Shown here piece after piece: positions 57,597 through 64,000 of a DNA stretch of 64,000 nucleotides (positions within the stretch are counted from its first letter, which is position 1; each line of letters opens with the position of its first letter). The notes beneath the pieces were generated by a model that searched no databases, had not been told where the DNA came from, and worked only from the letters and a program-made list of their open reading frames with translations. The DNA is from an uncultured Candidatus Saccharibacteria bacterium. Lineage in GTDB: Bacteria; Patescibacteriota; Minisyncoccia; Phycocordibacterales; PALSA-1337. Location: assembly GCA_964459225.1 (NCBI GenBank), contig CAYWKB010000001.1:426163-490162 (forward strand). Direction: 5' to 3'. Made by a program: the position numbers and the translations under genes.

Positions 57597-58196
57597 ATGA
57601 GGGGTGGTAAAATACAAAATATGAATCATGCAGGGAAAAGACTATTTATAACAGGTATCCCAACCTCTGGAAAATCGTACTTGGCAAAAATACTAGCTGA
57701 AAAAGTTGGTGGTATAGCTGTAATTCTTGATGATTTTCGTGAAGAACTTTCATTTGATAATCAATATAAAAAATGGACAAATTTTTATCTAGATCAGGAT
57801 GAAAAAACATACCTATCTACGACAAGCGAAGAAAAGCAATGGGAAAACCTAGTGACTCAATCAGAAGGACTCTGGCCAGCTCTTCTAAAAGAAATATCGA
57901 AGTTTAAAGATGAATCAAAACCAGTTATTTTCGAATGTGTGAATATGCTTCCACATTTAGTAAAAAGAGATTTAGGTTTTAATGGTATTGTTTTAATTGG
58001 ATCTTCTCTCGAGGAGACATTGAATAGAAATAAAAAAGATCCACGTTGGGGTGATACTCCAGAATTGCAAGAGTTAGAAGCAAATACTTTTTTTAATATT
58101 GAAAGACCACATTACAAGGAAGAGGCATCGAAATATGGTTATCCCATTTTTGAGGAAGCAGATGACGCTATCGATTACTGCCTTAATCTCTTATAA
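57597..58196 (+). CDS. P-loop NTPase / small-molecule or nucleic-acid kinase-like protein (AAA_33/zeta-like)
   Basis: Walker A GIPTSGKS near the N-terminus, Walker B-like VILDDF; 199 aa. Confidence 0.55.
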   Translation: MRGGKIQNMNHAGKRLFITGIPTSGKSYLAKILAEKVGGIAVILDDFREELSFDNQYKKWTNFYLDQDEKTYLSTTSEEKQWENLVTQSEGLWPALLKEISKFKDESKPVIFECVNMLPHLVKRDLGFNGIVLIGSSLEETLNRNKKDPRWGDTPELQELEANTFFNIERPHYKEEASKYGYPIFEEADDAIDYCLNLL

Positions 58197-58202
58197 AATA
58201 AC

Positions 58203-58550
58203 ATGAACATAGAATACAAAGGTACAATCGTGGAAGAGAGTTTAGAGGATAATAGAATCCTTAATGATTTAAACATTATTGATTTTAGGATTTCAAAAGA
58301 CGAGAACCCTGCTGATCGTTGGCATTTATATACAGTAATAGTTACCAGGGAAGAGATACGAAAGATTTCTCAATATATTAAATATGGTAAATGGTATATG
58401 CATTTTTGGAATGGAAATGATGTGATTGTTGTATTTAAAGACAAAATCTTTGAATTTAAACACGATAAAAAAGAAACATGGAAGGATGCTTTTGATCATG
58501 GTGTGGCGTTGGGTATCCCAGAAGAGCAGTTGGATTTTGCGATACAGTAA
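58203..58550 (+). CDS. Hypothetical protein (115 aa) co-operonic with the P-loop kinase
   Basis: 6-nt gap to the upstream gene; no recognised domain. Confidence 0.35.
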   Translation: MNIEYKGTIVEESLEDNRILNDLNIIDFRISKDENPADRWHLYTVIVTREEIRKISQYIKYGKWYMHFWNGNDVIVVFKDKIFEFKHDKKETWKDAFDHGVALGIPEEQLDFAIQ

Positions 58551-58639
58551 ACTAACTTACAGACATGTCGTGATTGCTGGTTTTGTAAATGAAATCTAAA
58601 TACTAGTTTTTAAAATGGAAAGTAATATAATACATTCTA

Positions 58640-59284
58640 ATGGCATATATTTTTATGGATGAATCTGGTGATCTAGGTTTTAATTTCAAAAAGAAGAAAA
58701 CTTCTCAGTACTTTATAGTAACTTTTATTTTTACAAGAGACAAAAGATCATTGGAGAAGATTGTTAAAAAGATATTTAAAAGTTTTACTAAAAATGAGAT
58801 AAAGAACCATGATGGAGTTTTGCATGCATATAAAGAATCACCGAAAACAAGGCAAAAATTACTTAATATGTTCCATGAGAAAAAAGATGCTGATATAATT
58901 ACTATTTATTTAAATAAGAAAAAGGTTTATACAAAACTTCATGATGAAAAGCATGTTTTATATAATTATGTCACAAATATATTACTTGATCGTGTTTGTA
59001 CTAAAAAAATAATCCCAATCGATAAGAAAATCACTGTTATAGCCTCAAGAAGAGAGACAAATAAATACTTAAATAATAACTTTTCTTCATATATAAAAGA
59101 CCGAGCAAAGAATAATCATAAGTTAGATATTGAAATAGTGATATTATCTCCATCCCAAGAAAAAAGTTTGCAAATTGCAGATATGATATCTTGGGCGATA
59201 TTTAGAAAATATGAGCATGGAGATGAAACCTACTATAATTTAATTAAACATGAAATAGTTGAGGAGAATCCATTATTTGGATAG
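58640..59284 (+). CDS. DUF3800-family protein
   Basis: N-terminal MAYIFMDESGD (the conserved [FY]xDESG hallmark of DUF3800); 214 aa. Markedly lower GC than its neighbours. Confidence 0.6.
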   Translation: MAYIFMDESGDLGFNFKKKKTSQYFIVTFIFTRDKRSLEKIVKKIFKSFTKNEIKNHDGVLHAYKESPKTRQKLLNMFHEKKDADIITIYLNKKKVYTKLHDEKHVLYNYVTNILLDRVCTKKIIPIDKKITVIASRRETNKYLNNNFSSYIKDRAKNNHKLDIEIVILSPSQEKSLQIADMISWAIFRKYEHGDETYYNLIKHEIVEENPLFG

Positions 59285-59481
59285 TTCCTATAAAAAGCAA
59301 AGCCCCGAACGCTATATAGTGGAACCATACGGAGCCACACGCTCGGGGAATTACTTGCTTGGTTATATTATTACACAAAATAAAATATAAATCAAGCTTA
59401 TCCACAGGTATGTTTTTAATTAAATATGTACAAGAATTCTATCTTTATTTTTGCTATAAAAATGTTAGAATTGTACACATA

Positions 59482-59814
59482 ATGAATCCTGTTGTAAGTA
59501 AAAATGTAAAAATTGTCATATTCGTACCAGAGACCCATGCAAATGTGGTCCGTGAGGCTATGGGCAAAGCAGGTGCCGGTAAAATAGGTAATTACACCTA
59601 TTGTTCTTTTTCATCAAAGGGAATCGGCAGGTTTAGACCAGAACAAGGTGCAAATCCACATATAGGGGAAGTCGGTAAATTTGAGGAAGTTGAGGAAGAA
59701 AGAATTGAAACAGTCTGTACGAGAGAAAGTATAGATGCAGTAATTAAAGCAATGAAAAAGGTTCATCCATATGAAGAGGTCGCTTTTGATATTTACCCAT
59801 TGGAAAATATATAA
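59482..59814 (+). CDS. Small conserved hypothetical protein (PII/CutA-like or Nif3-insert-like fold suspected)
   Basis: VKIVIFVPETHANVVREAMGKAGAGKIGNYTYCSFSSKGIGRFRP...; start taken at ATG 59482. The upstream part of the 59359 ORF is probably untranslated. Confidence 0.35.
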   Translation: MNPVVSKNVKIVIFVPETHANVVREAMGKAGAGKIGNYTYCSFSSKGIGRFRPEQGANPHIGEVGKFEEVEEERIETVCTRESIDAVIKAMKKVHPYEEVAFDIYPLENI

Positions 59815-59848
59815 TCAAACAAAAAACACCACGCTCGAAAGCGTGGTG
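59815..59848 (-). terminator. Intrinsic terminator for the minus-strand histidine phosphatase gene
   Basis: CACCACGC-TCGAAA-GCGTGGTG; on the minus strand it is followed by TTTTTTGTTTG. Confidence 0.6.
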
Positions 59849-59885
59849 TTGTGCCGCAAACAGACAATAGCTATGTGCGTAAAAT

Positions 59886-60662
59886 TCAGTGAACTCGGCG
59901 ATTGTAGAAACTCAGTTCTAGTCTTCCATTTTTTCCTTTTGCCGGATCACCTGCATAATGAGTTACCCCACAATTAATCGGTTTTTCATGTTCATCCAGA
60001 TAGATAAACTGTTCCGGTGTAAGCCTTTCTAAGTTGGCTCGAAACGCAAGTTTAGTCAGATGATGTGATACTACCCAAACATGTGCGCCAGCGTATTCAC
60101 GTACAAGAGTAGTTTTGAATGAGCGAATCCTCTCGCGTACTTCTGAGACTGATTCACCCTGTGGATACTGGTACCAGTACTTGCCCTGCATTTCGTATAG
60201 AGCACGCTGTTCTGGATGAATTGTTTGAAAAATTCTCCAGTCACTGTATAGAAGCGCAAGGCCGTGCTCTTGTTCGCGTACTCGATCTTCGGGAATAACT
60301 GTTACCTTGTTGAGTTCGTTTGAATTAGCACCAACTGTAATCATTTCCCATGTTAACATGGTGCGTAGATAAGGAGACACGAAAACCACATCAGGCATAT
60401 GTACAAGCGAAATAATCTTTTTGCCTAGTGCAACAGCCTGTTTCCGTCCATCAGTTGTAATGTCAGTTTTGTAATCACTTACTTTTTGAGCAAATTTTTC
60501 CTGAAGAACAAGTGCCGTTTTCTTTAATTTCTTAGGATTAACACGATTATCAAAGTCCACAACGAACTTACGATACTCCGGGTCATTCTTTTTCCTGTCA
60601 CGCAAGACATTGTATGTTGATTGCGCGTGACGTATTATTGTCAAACTTAGAGGCCACTTCAT
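59886..60662 (-). CDS. Histidine phosphatase superfamily (phosphoglycerate-mutase-like, branch 1) protein
   Basis: N-terminal LTIIRHAQSTYN (RHG-type motif) and a downstream His in VVSHHLT. Confidence 0.65.
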   Translation of the reverse strand: MKWPLSLTIIRHAQSTYNVLRDRKKNDPEYRKFVVDFDNRVNPKKLKKTALVLQEKFAQKVSDYKTDITTDGRKQAVALGKKIISLVHMPDVVFVSPYLRTMLTWEMITVGANSNELNKVTVIPEDRVREQEHGLALLYSDWRIFQTIHPEQRALYEMQGKYWYQYPQGESVSEVRERIRSFKTTLVREYAGAHVWVVSHHLTKLAFRANLERLTPEQFIYLDEHEKPINCGVTHYAGDPAKGKNGRLELSFYNRRVH

Positions 60663-60736
60663 GGGTCTCCTTTCTCTTTAATTCCTCAGAGCACTACGCT
60701 TTTGAGGGGGTTATGTCCATATTTTTTATACCACTT

Positions 60737-61157
60737 CTATATTACATAGTCAATAACCCACTCAATCCCATATCTATCCCTAAACATTCCAAAATAAGTG
60801 CCCCAAGGGCTTTTATCCATAGGCATTTCTATTTCTCCTCCCGATGAAAGTTCGCTAAATATTTTATCCGCTTCTTCCTTACTCTCCACCATTATTGAAA
60901 TCTTACTTCTATTTTCTTTTTCATTAACCTTTCCCATAAATCCTGGTATATCATTTCCAATCAAAATATTATTTGTACCTATAGGTAATGCTATATACAT
61001 AATCTTATTTTCCTCCTCTTTAGAAACTGGAAAATCGGAACTTGCTATATCTTTGAATCTAATAATTTTTGTAAATTCACCACCGAATATTGATTTATAA
61101 AAAGAAAAAGCTTCTTCTGCATTACCATTAAAATTTATCCAAGGATTTATTGTTGTC
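60737..61157 (-). CDS. VOC/glyoxalase-superfamily (PhnB/YecM-like) protein
   Basis: MTTINPWINFNGNAEEAFSFYKSIFGG...GIEWVID; start at MTTINPW. Confidence 0.6.
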
Positions 61158-61499
61158 ATAGTATAAAGATAACAGATTTTTATCATTAATAAAATACATA
61201 AACAAAAGAGCTACCGGAAATGGTAGCTCAGGCGAAGTGGGAAAAAGGGAAGGAAGGAAAAGTTGAAATAAAGAACAAAAGAACAGGGAACACAAACATA
61301 GTTTGTGCAAGTGATGAAACGGATTCATCACTTAATAAAATGGGCCATATCGCGTCACACAAGGTGAATTTGCATTATAGGCACGCGAGTTTAGGATATG
61401 CAGTATCCTTGGTCATTCGACCATTTTGGGCCTCATTTCAATGATCCCGATCCGATATAAATATAGCATGTTCTTTAAAAAAGTACAAGTAATATTTAC

Positions 61500-61535
61500 A
61501 TAAAAGCAGAAACCCGCCAGTGAACTGGACGGGTT
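61500..61535 (-). terminator. Intrinsic terminator for the minus-strand zinc-ribbon gene
   Basis: AACCCGCCAGT...ACTGGACGGGTT hairpin; on the minus strand followed by TTCTGCTTTTA. Confidence 0.55.
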
Positions 61536-61553
61536 TGTGTGTCGATTGCCTAA

Positions 61554-61760
61554 CTAGAGATTCGACTCAAACTCTCTATTGCAAATATTGCATTTCAATA
61601 CAGAACCTGGTCTGTGGTCCTTTGGGTGCATAATGCCCTTACAACCATTATGTCCACATTTTGGATGAATAACTATATGTCTTGAAGTTAATCCAGTGCC
61701 ACCGCATTTTTCGCAATGGCTATTTCCGTGACAATCACAATGAATAGTTGTTATATTCAT
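61554..61760 (-). CDS. Small Cys/His-rich zinc-ribbon protein
   Basis: 68 aa with CDCHGNSHCEKCGG...CGHNGCKG...CNICN (at least 10 Cys plus His in C-x2-C spacing). Confidence 0.45.
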   Translation of the reverse strand: MNITTIHCDCHGNSHCEKCGGTGLTSRHIVIHPKCGHNGCKGIMHPKDHRPGSVLKCNICNREFESNL

Positions 61761-61896
61761 ACAATATATTGGTTAAATTTACTTCTAAACCCTTTCTAAA
61801 ATTACATTATTTTGTATATGTAGTCAAAAGTATTATAAATAAAAGTATAATTTTGTAATTTAAAAAGCTATTCTACAACTTTTCATGTATAATTAA

Positions 61897-62361
61897 ATGC
61901 TAATAGCAAATAATCATAATAAAAAAATGAATTCAAAAGATTTAACAAAAATGCCTCCAAGAAGTGCGTATGAAAGAATAGCAGGTTTTGCAATACTTGC
62001 TCGTGCCATAGACAAATGTGCAGCAACAATAGCGGGTACAAATGGCGAATATAATTTTGATTGTCCGGTAGACAATGCTTTGTTTATATTTAAGGGAATA
62101 AACTCAGAAGAATTTAAAGCCTATGTAGCGGAAGGTCATACAGATGAAGAAATAGGTTTATGGGTTAAAAATCATGGTATGTCAAAAACTGAAGAAGAAA
62201 TAAATGCATGGTCAAATGCCTTCAAAAATGATTTTTCTTATTCAACAGATTCAAACAAAAAGGATTGGTTTATAGGAGAGTGCACAAGACTAAATCTTGA
62301 TCCTATGAAGACAACGCTTTTTGATTATTTAGATGTGGATGATAAGGTGAGTTTTAAGTAA
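61897..62361 (+). CDS. DUF5069-like hypothetical protein
   Basis: PPRSAYERIAGFAILARAIDKC... resembles the DUF5069 N-terminal motif. Moderate confidence, from memory. Confidence 0.4.
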   Translation: MLIANNHNKKMNSKDLTKMPPRSAYERIAGFAILARAIDKCAATIAGTNGEYNFDCPVDNALFIFKGINSEEFKAYVAEGHTDEEIGLWVKNHGMSKTEEEINAWSNAFKNDFSYSTDSNKKDWFIGECTRLNLDPMKTTLFDYLDVDDKVSFK

Positions 62362-62384
62362 TTGATGATAATGAAAATTAAAAA

Positions 62385-62410
62385 ATCCCCGAAAGGGATT
62401 TTTTGTTTTT
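62385..62410 (+). terminator. Intrinsic terminator (TCCCC-GAAA-GGGA + T-run)
   Basis: AAAAATCCCCGAAAGGGATTTTTTGTTTTTTT. Confidence 0.6.
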
Positions 62411-62659
62411 TTAAATCAAGATCTAGTTATGCAAAAGAAAACCACCTGTTTCCTTTTGGAATAGATTCCTATTATGCCCTGCAGAGCATTACATCGTTTG
62501 ATTATTCACTGCGGCGTAGCTGATCCGCAATTACTACATTAACGAATAAGAATCACAGGTGGAGTGGATTATACCGCACATCGCTTTTATCCTTATCCAA
62601 GGGAGCGATGGTTAAATACTATCATAAAATTTAATTTGAGTGAAACTGGCAAATTTAGC

Positions 62660-62698
62660 AAAAGAAAAACCCGCCGACGATTAGGACGTCGTGCGGGT
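62660..62698 (-). terminator. Intrinsic terminator for the minus-strand serine protease gene
   Basis: CCCGCCGACG-ATTAGGA-CGTCGTGCGGG; on the minus strand followed by TTTTTCTTTTG. Confidence 0.55.
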
Positions 62699-62713
62699 CA
62701 TGTGCCTCTTAAC

Positions 62714-63571
62714 TCAATCATACTTACCACCGAATGGACCACTAAGTGATGTGAGACCATTCTGTATCATCCTGCCAGTTAATTTCTTATACTCATCTTT
62801 TATGAGTGACTCAATATCAGAATTTTCTGGTGCTCCGTGAAGTATCCAAAGTCCACCATGATCATCAAAGAATCCTGTACCACTCTCTCCGATCAGTGAT
62901 TTCTTATCTATTAGGATAAAAACGGCACCATTTATTTTATCAACCTTAGAGTAGCCGACAGCCTCAAATGATTTTCCAGAAATTAGTGATTTCACTTTCC
63001 TAACTCGCTGATTTTGTATGGTAACCTCTCCCCAGAAATTCTGGCTCTCCTCTCCATCATTGAATCTAGAGTACGGTGTGAACTGTGTTGGCTGTGACCC
63101 CATTTTTAAAATCACAGCATCTCTCTCTTCTCCGTTAAAGTCACTACCTGTTTTTACTATCTCCATTAAGTATCTTTTTACGGGATCAGTCGCACCCCTT
63201 AGAAGTTTTATACTGAAGATTGATTTGTTTTTGATAGTGTTCCGGAAGATGTGTTCAGCTGTTATTATGTTCAGCTCCTTGTCCTTATTAATGAACACGG
63301 TTCCAACACAACAATATCTATTTACATCACCATCGTTTTGATAATAGATTATTACAGGCTCATAGCCAGGAGAAACTTCATTTGTCGTAACCATGGAAGA
63401 AACATACTCTTCCATATCAACTTCAGCTATTTTCTTTTGTGACTTTCTATCGACATAAGGCCATAAAAAAATAAGTGCCAAAAATCCTATTATGGACAGA
63501 GTGATGATAAATGTAAGAGCTACTTTACGTTGCTCTACCATTGATCTTTTGTTTCTGATTTTCTTTTTCAA
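62714..63571 (-). CDS. Membrane-anchored trypsin/chymotrypsin-like (S1 family) serine peptidase
   Basis: N-terminal TM anchor; catalytic triad context TAEHIF (His), ERDAVILK (Asp), GESGTGFF (GxSGx Ser). Confidence 0.6.
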   Translation of the reverse strand: MKKKIRNKRSMVEQRKVALTFIITLSIIGFLALIFLWPYVDRKSQKKIAEVDMEEYVSSMVTTNEVSPGYEPVIIYYQNDGDVNRYCCVGTVFINKDKELNIITAEHIFRNTIKNKSIFSIKLLRGATDPVKRYLMEIVKTGSDFNGEERDAVILKMGSQPTQFTPYSRFNDGEESQNFWGEVTIQNQRVRKVKSLISGKSFEAVGYSKVDKINGAVFILIDKKSLIGESGTGFFDDHGGLWILHGAPENSDIESLIKDEYKKLTGRMIQNGLTSLSGPFGGKYD

Positions 63572-63724
63572 TTGTACCTCCAGTTGCGAGACTCACGTCT
63601 CATGTTTAAAAGTCTACTAAATATAATAATACACTTATTTAGCAAAGTCAATAGGTAAAATAATTATACTTATATAATTACAAAAGTGAAATACAAAGAC
63701 ACTACACGATTATGTAATTCATAA

Positions 63725-64000
63725 TTATTTTTTAGCTATTACATGATAGATGTGCCAATGCTTAATACCACCTGTAGCAGTTTTGTCATCCTTTTCATCT
63801 TCCTTGAAATAAACAATTTCAAAGTCACTAAAAAGTTCCTCGACTTGCTCTCGCGTATGAAATGTCATGTTTGGACTAGTTTTCCATTCGTCTCGCTCAC
63901 CAAAAAATTGACCGCAAAATATTCCGTCTTCCTTGAGCGAATTCTTTATGTTTTTAAACACCTGGATGAAGTGTTCAGGGGCGGTAAATGGAAGTGCAAA
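63725..64000 (-). CDS. SAM-dependent methyltransferase, C-terminal portion (gene continues beyond the window end)
   Basis: The frame stays open to the window edge on the minus strand. ...FKNIKNSLKEDGIFCGQFFG is typical of the post-motif region of class I methyltransferases. Confidence 0.45.
   Translation of the reverse strand, partial: FALPFTAPEHFIQVFKNIKNSLKEDGIFCGQFFGERDEWKTSPNMTFHTREQVEELFSDFEIVYFKEDEKDDKTATGGIKHWHIYHVIAKK

Noticed and set aside
1-64000. CRISPR arrays, IS elements, rRNA genes
   Set aside because: No regularly spaced direct repeats, no transposase- or integrase-like ORFs, and no rRNA-like conserved blocks were seen anywhere in the window.

Overview
This 64-kb window is AT-rich (about 30% GC over most of its length) and densely packed with short genes, mostly on the + strand. 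It is consistent with a reduced-genome, CPR/Patescibacteria-like bacterium, but that placement is inference from composition and gene content only. Standard genetic code: TGA is a rare stop (e.g. murJ) and never interrupts conserved genes. The first ~52 kb is core/housekeeping. It holds a 5'-truncated RNase P RNA; wall and envelope genes (murJ, an O-antigen-ligase/TPR protein, an FtsB-like protein, an MltB-like lytic transglycosylase); translation genes (lepA, valS, rplU, rplY, rpmE, prfA, rpsB, tsf, pheS, gatB, obg, tgt); gyrB; msrA/msrB; small sugar-metabolism enzymes; and three tRNAs (Arg-CCT, Phe-GAA, Thr-TGT). There are two signalling modules: FIST + soluble HK + tandem-REC on the + strand, and sigma-REC-membrane HK on the - strand. 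Two sharply GC-rich non-coding islands (~13.0-13.3 kb and ~19.4-19.76 kb) look like structured RNAs. The first has an SRP-RNA domain-IV-like core on the - strand. The second is a ~350-nt highly structured RNA ending in an intrinsic terminator just upstream of a DHH phosphoesterase gene. The most striking protein is a 1529-aa N-terminally anchored protein with about nine VGIGT-x-P-x-x-KL-x-V repeats and a Pro/Thr-rich tail. It is divergently transcribed from an excisionase-family HTH gene across a 380-bp AT-rich control region. The last ~11.5 kb (52.5-64 kb) is compositionally distinct (about 40-47% GC patches) with mixed-strand genes bounded by strong hairpin terminators. It contains two methyltransferases, two PhnB/VOC proteins, YdeI, a histidine phosphatase, a P-loop kinase + DUF3800 cluster, an S1 protease and a zinc-ribbon gene. 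It also has a duplicated ~45-nt terminator element, a tightly packaged two-gene cassette with a consensus sigma70 promoter and a perfect palindrome, and several long hairpin-rich intergenic stretches. No CRISPR array, integrase, transposase or rRNA was seen.
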